Virus record (IMG/VR): IMGVR_UViG_3300014838_000015 | Span: 37,226-101,225 of that record | Direction: 5' to 3' (one strand) | Source of the DNA: a virus | DNA length: 64,000 nucleotides | Shown: one piece after another, positions 20,447 through 30,233 of the stretch | How positions within the stretch are numbered: position 1 is the stretch's first letter | Layout of the letters: each line of letters begins with the position of its first letter | The notes under the pieces: model-generated | Databases searched by the model: none | Told to the model about the DNA's origin: nothing | The model's input: only the letters and a program-made list of their open reading frames with translations | Translations under genes and position numbers: made by a program

Positions 20447-21526
20447 ATGGCAAAAACGCTGAAAAAACTGTACGATGTCAAACGAATTGAACTCATCAAG
20501 GAACGAGCAAAATCAGCGAACGTTCAATTGTTGAACGAACAACGAACCGTAACGTTGCTTTTAGAAGTGATGGATCAAGATGATTTGAACAAAGTAACAG
20601 CAATCATCCAAAAACTGGATAGCATCAAAACTCCTGAGTTACCAAGACTAAGCGCTGCAATTGAACAAGCGATTTCAGAAATAAACAAGTACACCGGTGG
20701 TGGACCATTGACGAAGGCATGGAACAAACTAAAAACGATGGCAGGAATCGATAATCCCGTTGTCAAGGTCACCGTATTTGCAAACGCGCTTGAACGTGGC
20801 TTTGCTCAGGTACCAACGATCCTCAGAAACAACGGCATCAATCTAAAAAATGCCGACCTCACAAAAAGCCTGGCAACCATGCTCGCTGACCCGAAAAAAA
20901 CCGGCGAAAAATCCGATAAAGACATCGGCATGCAACCTCCAGAACAACCTGAATCGTTCAACGTACCAGAAGGCGTGCAGAACGAAGCAAGGGTTGACGT
21001 TGCAGGAAAGCTCAAGATCGTTGTTGATCAGCTACAAAAGGCACTTGCACCCGGAGGAATATTCGGTGCGTTCAAGAAGGTTCCTTACATCAACGGTCAA
21101 GAATTAGCACAGGAACTCGTTCAGGCACCGATCAACGTATTTGCAAAGATCGCAAAGAAAATACAAACAGGTGCAAAGGCCGCAGACGTAGCTCCGGACC
21201 TCAAATCACAGATCACTGGACAGGGTGGCGAACAAACGAAACCCACAACTGACGATGATCCAACGAAGAAGACGCAACAAACACAACCAACGTCACCAAG
21301 CGGGCCAACCAACTCTCCGCAGCCCACCGTGCCCACAGGAGAACATCCAACAAACGGAGCGCCCGGTGAGAGAGGTGGAGGTGCACCGCCTGCACAAGAT
21401 CACGAGAAGGTGATTCTGGGGCAATTGAAGGATAATGGTACACTTACACGATTGGGAATCAATATTCCAAACGCTAAAGCATTTATAAAAGCAATAAACG
21501 ACCTAGGCGTTTTTAAGCAAAAATAA
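20447..21526 (+). CDS. Probable virion (head-internal) protein with Pro/Thr/Gly-rich C-terminal linker
   Basis: N-terminal LIKE/LLNE/LLLE motifs; TACTTA and AGGA upstream. Confidence 0.6.
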   Translation: MAKTLKKLYDVKRIELIKERAKSANVQLLNEQRTVTLLLEVMDQDDLNKVTAIIQKLDSIKTPELPRLSAAIEQAISEINKYTGGGPLTKAWNKLKTMAGIDNPVVKVTVFANALERGFAQVPTILRNNGINLKNADLTKSLATMLADPKKTGEKSDKDIGMQPPEQPESFNVPEGVQNEARVDVAGKLKIVVDQLQKALAPGGIFGAFKKVPYINGQELAQELVQAPINVFAKIAKKIQTGAKAADVAPDLKSQITGQGGEQTKPTTDDDPTKKTQQTQPTSPSGPTNSPQPTVPTGEHPTNGAPGERGGGAPPAQDHEKVILGQLKDNGTLTRLGINIPNAKAFIKAINDLGVFKQK

Positions 21527-22706
21527 TTCCATCAAGATCGTTCAACGTTCTCATACACTGCACAACGTATGTTTGTGCTGCAATCTCTTTCGCAACGAGC
21601 TCACCATCGATCGTTAACCCGTGTTCGATCATCGACTTGACAGAGCGCAATGATTGATCTATCGCTTGCGAATTCACAATGAAATTCCTGTTGTTGGGCA
21701 ATCTAACGATGACGTGATTTGGCGTTAGAGACCTGATTCGTTTATCAAACAACATTCCCTTATCATCTATGCTTTCATCGTTTCTACGATTTCGCAACTC
21801 GTAAACGTGTTGAGACACGCGATTATGTGTTTTTGAATTCGTTACAACGACGCGACCATTTTGAACCGTAATTTGATCAATGATTGGAGCATCGCTAAAT
21901 CTTATGCTGCTGATTAAATCACCCTTAAGGCTAGACACAAGATCACAACCACAAACAATTGATATATCAACCAACGTATTCATTCCCTCAAGATCAAAGT
22001 TCACGGCGATTGGAATGACACGTAGGCTACCTCTATCGTAGTTTGTTCGTAACGTATGAATAACATCATCTGAAGCTCCACGTAAAAAAACAACGCATGG
22101 TTCTTTAGCTTCACCCGCAGACTCCAACAAATGATGTATTTCTGACACGTTTTCAACGTAACCATCGATGCAAAAGATCCTTGAATGAGTAAATGTTACA
22201 TTGAGTGGTATCAATTGTTTTAATAAAAACGTGTAACCTCTAACGAGTTCAACGGATGGCACGTTCGATTGCGTCTTTTCAACGATCACCTTTCCACAGA
22301 ATCCAGCCGACAAAATTGCCTTATTTGTCAGGTTTTCAATGAAAGCATCAGCATCTTTTGTACACGTTGAAACAATTCGCTTAACATCGTTCATCGTTGG
22401 TGCGATTGCAGAGCGTGAAACAACGTTTGTGCTGGATGTTTGCTCATTGATGAGCAATTCGATGAACCTATCGAATCCACCAACGCAGAACTTTTCAGCC
22501 ATCACCGCATTGCTCATTATCGTTTCATGAATCAATCGTTCGGCATCCGTTTTTAACTTCAGTCCAAACAACACCTGCATTTTAGTGTGTAACATTATTC
22601 CATTCTTTTCTCTAGTCAATGCAGATGATTTGATACAAGAATGTATTCTCTTGATAACATTCAAAACGTTTGAAATAATTGCTTGAGCGTTGCTTGTTGT
22701 TCCCAT
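21513..22706 (-). CDS. Degenerate GroEL/Cpn60-like protein (apical domain recognisable)
   Basis: G..GKVIVEK...VELVRGY.F...IDGYVENVSEIHHLLE...EPCVVF.RG.SDDVI.TL..N resembles GroEL intermediate/apical domains; no GDGTTT motif. Confidence 0.7.
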   Translation of the reverse strand: MGTTSNAQAIISNVLNVIKRIHSCIKSSALTREKNGIMLHTKMQVLFGLKLKTDAERLIHETIMSNAVMAEKFCVGGFDRFIELLINEQTSSTNVVSRSAIAPTMNDVKRIVSTCTKDADAFIENLTNKAILSAGFCGKVIVEKTQSNVPSVELVRGYTFLLKQLIPLNVTFTHSRIFCIDGYVENVSEIHHLLESAGEAKEPCVVFLRGASDDVIHTLRTNYDRGSLRVIPIAVNFDLEGMNTLVDISIVCGCDLVSSLKGDLISSIRFSDAPIIDQITVQNGRVVVTNSKTHNRVSQHVYELRNRRNDESIDDKGMLFDKRIRSLTPNHVIVRLPNNRNFIVNSQAIDQSLRSVKSMIEHGLTIDGELVAKEIAAQTYVVQCMRTLNDLDGIIFA

Positions 22707-22754
22707 GCCAACAATGTAACACTGGACGACACGCGCGTTAAGAATATGTTTAAC

Positions 22755-23100
22755 AGAAATTTCTAAATTTCTAGAAATTTCTAGAAATTTAATCTTTAAA
22801 GATTAAATTTTCATTTACAGTGGTCGCTGTACGCCGTTCGCTGTAAATGAAAATTTAAATTTTCATTTACAGCTGATAGCTGTTGCCGTTTAATCATTAC
22901 TACTAAATTTAAGCTATCAGCTTAAAGCTTAAATTTAAGTTAAATTTAACAGTACAGCTTAACAGCGTAGCATTCGCTGTACGCCGTTCGCTGTAAATGA
23001 AAATTTAAATTTTCATTTACAGCTGTTAGCTGTCTCTGTTAATCATTACTACTAAATTTAAGCTTAAACTGATAGCTTAAATTTAGTAGTAATGATTAAG
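22755..23100. repeat. AT-rich palindrome/direct-repeat block at the transcriptional divergence point (putative replication origin)
   Basis: Perfect palindromes at 22765-22790, 22785-22810, 22840-22873 and 22990-23023; a 26-bp inverted repeat at 23039-23064/23074-23099; a ~50-bp direct repeat at 150-bp spacing. Confidence 0.85.
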
Positions 23101-23117
23101 CGGTTGTTAACGTAACC

Positions 23118-23145
23118 TGTACAAGAAGCGTGAATAGATTATCTT
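23118..23145 (+). promoter_or_regulatory. Sigma70-like promoter TGTACA-N16-TATCTT, probably leaderless
   Basis: The same TGTACA-N17-TAnnnT layout occurs at 16927, 41172 and 45045. The -10 element ends 6 nt before ATG 23152. Confidence 0.55.
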
Positions 23146-23151
23146 GTCTAG

Positions 23152-25056
23152 ATGGTACTAGACTTCAGCAGAAGTATCTTCGAAGAACAGATCAACATCC
23201 CTCCAGAAACTCAGATCATATTCATTTCAGATATGTTCGCTAGCGAATTTATCGGAGGAGCTGAGCTAACAACGCAAGCGTTGATTGATTCCAGTCCTTT
23301 CAACGTTGCAAAAATCAGAAGCAAGGATGTAACTGAGGAATTCATACGTAAGAATGCGAACAAATTTTGGATCATCGGGAATTTTTCTCAGCTGAATCCT
23401 GAGTGTATCCAGAAATTAATGCTCACTTCGTACTCGATTCTCGAATTCGATTACAAGTATTGTACGTACAGATCGCCTGAAAAACACGCCGCAATTGCAA
23501 CGATGCCATGTGATTGTCACAACAAAAACAATGGAAAATTCGTTGAAAGTTTCTACAACGGATCAATGGGATTGTGGTGGATGTCAAAGAAACAGGAAGA
23601 ACGTTACACAACAGCATTTCCAGTTCTTTGTAACGTGTCTCAACCAACGCTATCCAGCGTTTTTGATATACGAACGCTTGATCTTTTACGAACGTTACGT
23701 ATGAAGTATGCGTCAGTTGAACGATTGAAATGGGTCGTTTTAGGAAGTGATTCTTGGATAAAGGGATCAAAAATAGCGATTCAGTGGTGTAAAGATTCAA
23801 ATAAACAATATGAGGTTATTTCAAATTTACCGTATGAACAAATGCTTGAGAAATTGGCATCTGCGAAGGGACTCGTGTACCTTCCACGAGGTGGTGATAC
23901 GTGTCCTAGGTTGGTGATTGAAGCAAAGTTGTTGGGTTGCGAATTACACCTCAATGATAACGTTCAACACAAGGATGAGGAATGGTTCGCAACAAACGAT
24001 CTTGAAGCGATTGATTCATATCTCAGATCGTCTCCAGAACGTTTTTGGAATTCAATCAGACGAATGATTGATAATGAACCAACGATAAGTGGTTATACAA
24101 CAACGTACAATTGCATTGATCAACAATACCCGTATAAGCAATGCATTTCATCGATGCTTGCGTTTTGTGATGAAGTCTGCATCGTTGATGGCGGATCAAT
24201 TGATGGAACGTGGGATGAATTATTGCAATGGAATCTAACAGAACCAAAATTGATCATTAAACAAATCAAGCGTGATTGGTCGAGCAAGCGTCATCCGGTG
24301 TTTGATGGAATGCAAAAAGCTGAGGCAAGAAAACTTTGTACGTCAAAGTACTGTTGGCAACAGGATTCTGATGAAATTGTTCATGAAAATGATGCTAAAT
24401 TGATTGCTGGTATGTGTAAATTCATGCCAAGCAATGTTGATATTATGGCGCTTCCCGTGATTGAATATTGGGGAAGCGCAGATAAAGTACGTTGTGATGT
24501 AACGCCGTGGAAATGGCGATTGAGTAGAAATAAATTGAACATCACGCATGGAATTCCAAAGCAACTACGTCGAACAGACGAAAATGATGAGATCTATGCA
24601 GCACAAGGTACAGATGGTTGCGATATGATCGATTCTGTCACTGGATTATCATTACCGCTTGTGAACTTTTACAATCAACAGGTAGAATCATGTAGGATGA
24701 ATGCTTTACGCGGTGATGATCGCGCACGTGTTGAGTATGAACGTTGGTTCAATGATGTTGTGAATTGTTTGCCAAGCATTTTTCATTATTCGTGGTTTGA
24801 TCTTTCACGAAAAATTCGATTGTATCGTGATTACTGGCAAAACCATTGGAGAGCGTTATACGATCAAGATACGTCAGACACTGCACAAAATAATATGTTC
24901 TTTGATTTACCATGGTCAGAAGTTACAGATGAAATGATTGATGCACGCGCCGAGGAGTTAACACAAATTGGCGGTCATATTTGGCACAGCAAGTACAACG
25001 GCGAACGTACACCATGGATAACGTGTGGTAGGATTCAACCCAAGGTGATGTTATGA
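23152..25056 (+). CDS. Two-domain glycosyltransferase (GT-B-like N-terminal plus GT2 C-terminal)
   Basis: GGAELT...DTCPRLVIEAKLLGC, followed by ISGYTTTYN...IVDGGSIDGT...QQDSDE. Confidence 0.85.
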   Translation: MVLDFSRSIFEEQINIPPETQIIFISDMFASEFIGGAELTTQALIDSSPFNVAKIRSKDVTEEFIRKNANKFWIIGNFSQLNPECIQKLMLTSYSILEFDYKYCTYRSPEKHAAIATMPCDCHNKNNGKFVESFYNGSMGLWWMSKKQEERYTTAFPVLCNVSQPTLSSVFDIRTLDLLRTLRMKYASVERLKWVVLGSDSWIKGSKIAIQWCKDSNKQYEVISNLPYEQMLEKLASAKGLVYLPRGGDTCPRLVIEAKLLGCELHLNDNVQHKDEEWFATNDLEAIDSYLRSSPERFWNSIRRMIDNEPTISGYTTTYNCIDQQYPYKQCISSMLAFCDEVCIVDGGSIDGTWDELLQWNLTEPKLIIKQIKRDWSSKRHPVFDGMQKAEARKLCTSKYCWQQDSDEIVHENDAKLIAGMCKFMPSNVDIMALPVIEYWGSADKVRCDVTPWKWRLSRNKLNITHGIPKQLRRTDENDEIYAAQGTDGCDMIDSVTGLSLPLVNFYNQQVESCRMNALRGDDRARVEYERWFNDVVNCLPSIFHYSWFDLSRKIRLYRDYWQNHWRALYDQDTSDTAQNNMFFDLPWSEVTDEMIDARAEELTQIGGHIWHSKYNGERTPWITCGRIQPKVML

Positions 25057-25787
25057 AAAAACTACACATCAAAGACAAGCTTGAGGAGATCGGCGTTTCA
25101 GTTGATTCAATCGTTCTTGGAGATTTCGATCGTTTAGGTGAATTTTGTGCTAAACGTGAGAGATCATCGAATGATCCCAATTACAAAAAATATGGATTAT
25201 ATTATCGATCAAACTACGAACGCGGAATTCTCATTTATTACCTCATTCGACAATTTAACCTTTCATCCATGCTTGAAATAGGATTTGGACGTGGTTATGG
25301 TACGTTTTGTGCAGCGAAAGCATTCCATGATGCAGGAATCGTTGGAAAGGTGACGACCGTTGATCCTAACTTTGATGAACGATTCATGAGTGCGCTCAAC
25401 CAAGTGTTGCCAAAGGAATGGTTCAATTACGTACAATTCGCTAAAGGTACGTCAAGTGATGTCATTCCTCAACTTAATCAAGAATATGATCTCGTGTACG
25501 TTGATGGCGATCATTCGTACCTAGGCACGAAGAGCGATTGGGAGAACGTAAGGAGCAGGTTCAACAGCTTTTGTTTATTCGATGATTATCATCTTCCATC
25601 GAAGGATGATCCAGGAATCAGGTGTCGTGATGCAATTGATGAAATTATTGAGGACGATATCAAATGCAATGAAAAAGAATTAATACTGATGGATCGTCTC
25701 ATATTTAACGATGATAAACGAGACGTTGTACGTGACTACGGTCAGGTGTTACTAACGAAACAAGGAATCAAACGCGATGACTGGTAG
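25053..25787 (+). CDS. Class I SAM-dependent methyltransferase (Methyltransf_24-like)
   Basis: MLEIGFGRGYG, DLVYVDGDHSY, FDDY. Confidence 0.88.
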   Translation: MKKLHIKDKLEEIGVSVDSIVLGDFDRLGEFCAKRERSSNDPNYKKYGLYYRSNYERGILIYYLIRQFNLSSMLEIGFGRGYGTFCAAKAFHDAGIVGKVTTVDPNFDERFMSALNQVLPKEWFNYVQFAKGTSSDVIPQLNQEYDLVYVDGDHSYLGTKSDWENVRSRFNSFCLFDDYHLPSKDDPGIRCRDAIDEIIEDDIKCNEKELILMDRLIFNDDKRDVVRDYGQVLLTKQGIKRDDW

Positions 25788-26121
25788 GTGTCACGTTCCA
25801 CCAAAGGGTTGGTATTGTTCACGTGAAGAGTATCATGATGGACCTTGTGCTGCACATCCTGTGAAAAATATCTGGAATAGATTGAACGATCTCTTCAAGA
25901 GAGATGATGTTAAACAAAGTTCTTTAAATTTACGTTTAACGTTTTCTCCCAATGAAATTGAATACACAAAAGCTTGTGAATGGATCAATATTCACTGTTG
26001 TAAAGGTTCAACCGGCGATTCATATACGTGGTGTTTCACACCGACAGGTTTAGGCGTTGCGTGTACAGTACGTTGTTCATGCGGTGCAGAGCTAAACGTT
26101 ACAGACTATGAGTCTTGGTAA
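25777..26121 (+). CDS. Cys/His-rich hypothetical protein
   Basis: N-terminal CHVPPKGWYCSR..HDGPCAAHP; C-terminal FTPTGLG...CSCG...TDYESW. Confidence 0.7.
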   Translation: MTGRCHVPPKGWYCSREEYHDGPCAAHPVKNIWNRLNDLFKRDDVKQSSLNLRLTFSPNEIEYTKACEWINIHCCKGSTGDSYTWCFTPTGLGVACTVRCSCGAELNVTDYESW

Positions 26122-26125
26122 CGTC

Positions 26126-26551
26126 ATGAAAGCTCTTGGATTATGGCAACCATATGCTGGATTGATTCGTTGTGGTATAAAAACTATCGAAACGAGGTTC
26201 TGGCCAACATCGTACAGAGGACCGTTGTTGATCTGTTCAACCAACAGAAAGATGAACATCACTGATCATCAAGTGATAGCACACTACAATGATTCACGGT
26301 TGTCAACAGATGCATTTAGCTTCAATCTAGGCGTGATGCAGTGCGTTGTTGATGTGGTTGATTGCAGGTTGGGAACAAAGGATGATGAACGTGCCGCATG
26401 TTGTGAACTATATGCGCTGAATCCACGAACGGGTATTGAACAACAAAAGTATGCATTCATTCTTGAAAACGTTAGACTTGTGGATGAAAAACCCGTGAAG
26501 TGCGGTAGGAAGTGGTTTGACGTTCTAGATGAACTTGTCGTGGAGGTTTAA
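26126..26551 (+). CDS. ASCH domain protein
   Basis: MKALGLWQPYAGLIRCGIKTIETRFWPTSYRGPLLI contains the ASCH GxKxxExR signature. Confidence 0.88.
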   Translation: MKALGLWQPYAGLIRCGIKTIETRFWPTSYRGPLLICSTNRKMNITDHQVIAHYNDSRLSTDAFSFNLGVMQCVVDVVDCRLGTKDDERAACCELYALNPRTGIEQQKYAFILENVRLVDEKPVKCGRKWFDVLDELVVEV

Positions 26552-26552
26552 C

Positions 26553-27323
26553 ATGGTTGATAATAAATTTGTGTTCATTGCACCGATCTACAATGCTTCA
26601 AAAACGTTGAATCAGATGATTGTATCGATTGTCGGTCAATCGTATTGCAACTGGAAAATCATATTGATTGATGATGTGTCAGAAACTGTTCTAGAACGTG
26701 ATAGTGAAAAATTCATAATCAATCAATGGAAAGACGTGTATGGATCAGATCGTATCGTAACGCTTTGGAACGATGAAAAGAAGTGGGAAATTGCGAATGT
26801 TTTACGTGGAATAAGATTATGTGATGATGATGACATCGTTTGTAGAATCGATGGTGATGATTATCTTTGTGATCTAGATGCATTGTGGATCTTGAATGAA
26901 ACGTACAAAGAATGTAAGTGTGACGCAGTCTGGAGCAAACACAGGTGGGGTAAATCAGACAGAAATATCTCATCCCATATGACATATGGATCCGATGTGT
27001 ACACACATCCATGGGTATCATCGCACCTTAAAACGTTTCGTAAACAATTGATTAACAATGTTCCATATGATAACTTTGTGAACATGAACGGTGAATTGGT
27101 ACGACGTGCAGGTGATCAGGCACTGTACCTACCGATACTTCACAATGCGAAAAAATGGATGTATCTGCCACGCGTGTTATATTCATATACAATAGACGAG
27201 CAAGGAGGAGCCGTTTATCAAACCGATGACGCTAAGTTCCAGAAAGCTGAAGCTGACTTCATTCGTGCACGTGGTTATGTGTCTATAGGCGATACGTGGG
27301 AGCAGAAGTTGCTGTGTAAGTGA
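26553..27323 (+). CDS. GT2 glycosyltransferase
   Basis: IAPIYNA...ILIDDVS...RIDGDD. Confidence 0.88.
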   Translation: MVDNKFVFIAPIYNASKTLNQMIVSIVGQSYCNWKIILIDDVSETVLERDSEKFIINQWKDVYGSDRIVTLWNDEKKWEIANVLRGIRLCDDDDIVCRIDGDDYLCDLDALWILNETYKECKCDAVWSKHRWGKSDRNISSHMTYGSDVYTHPWVSSHLKTFRKQLINNVPYDNFVNMNGELVRRAGDQALYLPILHNAKKWMYLPRVLYSYTIDEQGGAVYQTDDAKFQKAEADFIRARGYVSIGDTWEQKLLCK

Positions 27324-27349
27324 TGCGTTTTCTGTTGTAGACTTCTACC

Positions 27350-28282
27350 ATGAAGGTGTACCTGAACAGAACGCAACGATTTGGACCGTGGGGTGGCGGT
27401 GCAGCATTCACGAACGCTTTTATCAAGCGTGCTGGTCAACACTGTGAATTCATGAATGATCAATCATTGATGTTTGCACCGAGTGTAATACTCATTGCAG
27501 GTCTCGACAACGATGGAGGATCAGGAATTTCGTTTGACCAAGCGGTTCTTTACAAAATGATGAGCGATCCAAACGTTAAAATCGTTCTTCGTGTCAATGA
27601 AAACGACGCTCGTAAAGGAACCAACAACGTCGATAAGACGTTGGTTGAAGCTTCAAAGCACATTGATGGAACCGTGTTCGTGTCACGATGGTTACAGAGT
27701 TACTTTGCAAAAAAGAAGTGGAAGTGTAAGAATCAAACGGTGATCGTGAACGGCGTTGCTGCCGATGTATTCTCACCGCAACCGAAGCTAAACAACGGAA
27801 AGATCAACATCGTTACGCATCATTGGAGCGATAACGAGATGAAGGGTGCCGATTACTACGAACTCATTGATGATTTTGTTGGAAAGAACTCTGACAAGTT
27901 TTCATTCACATACATTGGTCGACATAAGTGTGATTTTAAAAACACGACAGTTATACGTCCTTTGCACGGAAAAGCTCTTGGCGATGAACTTGGTAAGTAT
28001 GATGTGTATGTGTCGGCCTCACGTTTCGATCCAGGACCGAATCACATCACTGAAGCAATATCGTGTGGTCTACCAACGTATGTCCACAAAGATGGTGGAG
28101 GCGCAGTTGAATTTGCAGGAAACGATCACGTGTTTTCATCGTACGTTGAACTAGAAAAGCTTTTGTTGAACGGTGAATTCAAACCGAACCAAACAACGTT
28201 TGCTGGTTGGGGCAACTGTATTGAATCGTACGTTCGTTACCTCGAAACGGTGTGTATGAATAACATTGTGATCGTGTTGTAA
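27350..28282 (+). CDS. GT4 (GT-B) glycosyltransferase
   Basis: GPWGGG...FVSRWL...IVNG...SRFDPGPNHITEAISCGLP. Confidence 0.88.
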   Translation: MKVYLNRTQRFGPWGGGAAFTNAFIKRAGQHCEFMNDQSLMFAPSVILIAGLDNDGGSGISFDQAVLYKMMSDPNVKIVLRVNENDARKGTNNVDKTLVEASKHIDGTVFVSRWLQSYFAKKKWKCKNQTVIVNGVAADVFSPQPKLNNGKINIVTHHWSDNEMKGADYYELIDDFVGKNSDKFSFTYIGRHKCDFKNTTVIRPLHGKALGDELGKYDVYVSASRFDPGPNHITEAISCGLPTYVHKDGGGAVEFAGNDHVFSSYVELEKLLLNGEFKPNQTTFAGWGNCIESYVRYLETVCMNNIVIVL

Positions 28283-28291
28283 GTTTCATAC

Positions 28292-28693
28292 GTGAAGAAG
28301 TTAGCGAACGATCAACAAGGCATGACCATTAGGTTCAGCGAGCTGCTCGAAAAGCGACTCAACGATGTTATTTCACGGAAGTATTGCTATGAAGCGTTAA
28401 CACCCGCAGCATTGAAAGGCATTCGTGATACGATTCGTGAAGTTGTGATCAGTATCTTCAACAAGAGTTCGTACAATCCATCGTATGAAATGATGGGATG
28501 GATCGCTAACCAATACTTCAGGCGCATTCAAATCAACGGCTCGCAGAGCATGGACGAACTTGTTATCATAAATGAGTTCAAGTTGTCAGAGATGTCAACG
28601 TTTGACATTTCACTACTTCGATCGTTGTTTTCTGGTACAACGATTGGATCTGATATCGAACTTGAAGTTGAAAGAAGGGGGATGTTATCATGA
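28292..28693 (+). CDS. Hypothetical protein, paralog of the next gene
   Basis: Shares FSxLL...IxIN...KL...LL...GT...LE..RR with 28690..29058. Confidence 0.7.
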   Translation: MKKLANDQQGMTIRFSELLEKRLNDVISRKYCYEALTPAALKGIRDTIREVVISIFNKSSYNPSYEMMGWIANQYFRRIQINGSQSMDELVIINEFKLSEMSTFDISLLRSLFSGTTIGSDIELEVERRGMLS

Positions 28694-29058
28694 GCGAAAA
28701 GCAAACATTTCACGATATATTTTCAAAGTTATTGCTTGAAAAGCTCAAACCAATCACTCAAAAAAATGTATCGCTAGATCTTGCATCATGCGTTGAGATT
28801 TACACAATGGTGTTTAATACGCTCGTTGATGTGTTTCAGGCATCAAACGTAAAGCTCACCAACGAATCTGTCAACTACGTTGCGCAGTGTTACTACGATG
28901 GAATTGTGATCAATGACGGTCACTATCTCGATCCAAACATCTTCACTCAACGAGCGAAGCTTGAGAATATCTCGTCTGATGAATTGGCTCTTCTTGCAGT
29001 CATGTTAAAGGGCACGGGATTCATTGCTTCGATCGTTCTTGAACTCAAGAGAAGGTGA
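28690..29058 (+). CDS. Hypothetical protein, paralog of the previous gene
   Basis: Same shared motifs as 28292..28693; ATGA-coupled. Confidence 0.7.
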   Translation: MSEKQTFHDIFSKLLLEKLKPITQKNVSLDLASCVEIYTMVFNTLVDVFQASNVKLTNESVNYVAQCYYDGIVINDGHYLDPNIFTQRAKLENISSDELALLAVMLKGTGFIASIVLELKRR

Positions 29059-30014
29059 CCTTGAAGGTTCACTTCGATAACGTTTGTTTCAACGCTCCAA
29101 CGGGACCGAACGTGTTCGGAGTCAGGTTGGCTAAGCGATTGTTTGAGATGGGACACGAGGTGGTGTTGAGTGCTCATGGTGCTGATGTTTCGTTGGTATT
29201 CATAGAACCAACGGGTGCACCGTTAGCACCCATCGTTGTTCAGAGGTTGGATGGCATTTGGACGAAACCAAGCGATTTCAACACAAAGAACTTTATGATC
29301 AAATCGCTGTACGATGACGCTGACGCTGTTGTATGGCAATCAGAGTTCGATAAAACAACAATACAACGCTTATGGGGCACGAAGAACGGTGTTGTCATTC
29401 ACAATGGCATCGAGATAGCTCTTGTTAAATCAATCACGATACCAGCGTTGGCTGAGATGCGTGCAACGTACAAACGAATCTACGTGTGTAGTGCGAGCTG
29501 GCACGGTCAGAAACGCCTTGAAGCAAACGTTGGGTTCTTTAGGCACCTGAAACAAAAGTGTCACTCGAGTTGTTTGATCGTCATCGGTGACCATCCTGAT
29601 TATCGAGCAACAGGAACCGACGTGTTTTATGCTGGACACGTTACACCTGAAGTATACACACAAATATATTTTGCAGCCGATTGGATGCTACACCTTGCGT
29701 ACATGGATCACTGTCCGAACGTTGTTGTGGAAGCTTTGGCACAGGGAACGCCGGTAGCATGCGTTGATTCAGGTGGCACAAAAGAATTGATTGGAGCGTA
29801 TGGAATCGTTCTCAATGAAACAAAACATTCCGATGAATTTGAATTTATCGATTACGACAATCCGCCGGAACTTGACGTAACGCGATTCAATGAATTACCG
29901 GTTCGAAGTGAACTTGATTATTCAACGATTGCGGACATAGACATCAAGAATACGGCAAAAAAGTACGTAGAAATGTTCGAATCGTTGTGTACACCTAGTG
30001 CTGCTGGTGTATAG
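29055..30014 (+). CDS. GT4 glycosyltransferase
   Basis: VQRLDG...WQSEF...IHNG...DHCPNVVVEALAQGTPV...GGTKEL. Confidence 0.88.
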   Translation: MTLKVHFDNVCFNAPTGPNVFGVRLAKRLFEMGHEVVLSAHGADVSLVFIEPTGAPLAPIVVQRLDGIWTKPSDFNTKNFMIKSLYDDADAVVWQSEFDKTTIQRLWGTKNGVVIHNGIEIALVKSITIPALAEMRATYKRIYVCSASWHGQKRLEANVGFFRHLKQKCHSSCLIVIGDHPDYRATGTDVFYAGHVTPEVYTQIYFAADWMLHLAYMDHCPNVVVEALAQGTPVACVDSGGTKELIGAYGIVLNETKHSDEFEFIDYDNPPELDVTRFNELPVRSELDYSTIADIDIKNTAKKYVEMFESLCTPSAAGV

Positions 30015-30022
30015 TACAAATC

Positions 30023-30223
30023 ATGACAAGAACAATTCAACAGGTCGATCCAAACACTCAACAGGTCATCGCGGAGTTTGCTTCGCCTCAGGCAGCAGCT
30101 ATTGCTGTGCAGAAGCCTGCTGGTCACGCAAACATCCTTCTCACGTGTGGCACAAACCTACTCTCTGGTAACAACACTCGGAAGTCGTACGGTTTCGTGT
30201 GGAAGTTCAACGATCAAGCGTAG
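30023..30223 (+). CDS. Stand-alone NUMOD1/IENR1-like DNA-binding protein (no nuclease domain)
   Basis: RTIQQVDPNTQQVIAEFASPQAAA...C...RKSYGFVWKF aligns with the C-terminal HTH of the window's endonucleases; TATAGT 7 nt upstream. Confidence 0.75.
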   Translation: MTRTIQQVDPNTQQVIAEFASPQAAAIAVQKPAGHANILLTCGTNLLSGNNTRKSYGFVWKFNDQA

Positions 30224-30233
30224 AGAGCAGAAC

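Noticed and set aside
22755-23100. CRISPR array
   Set aside because: Only two to three copies of long palindromic units; the intervening DNA is itself repeated, with no unique spacers of regular length.
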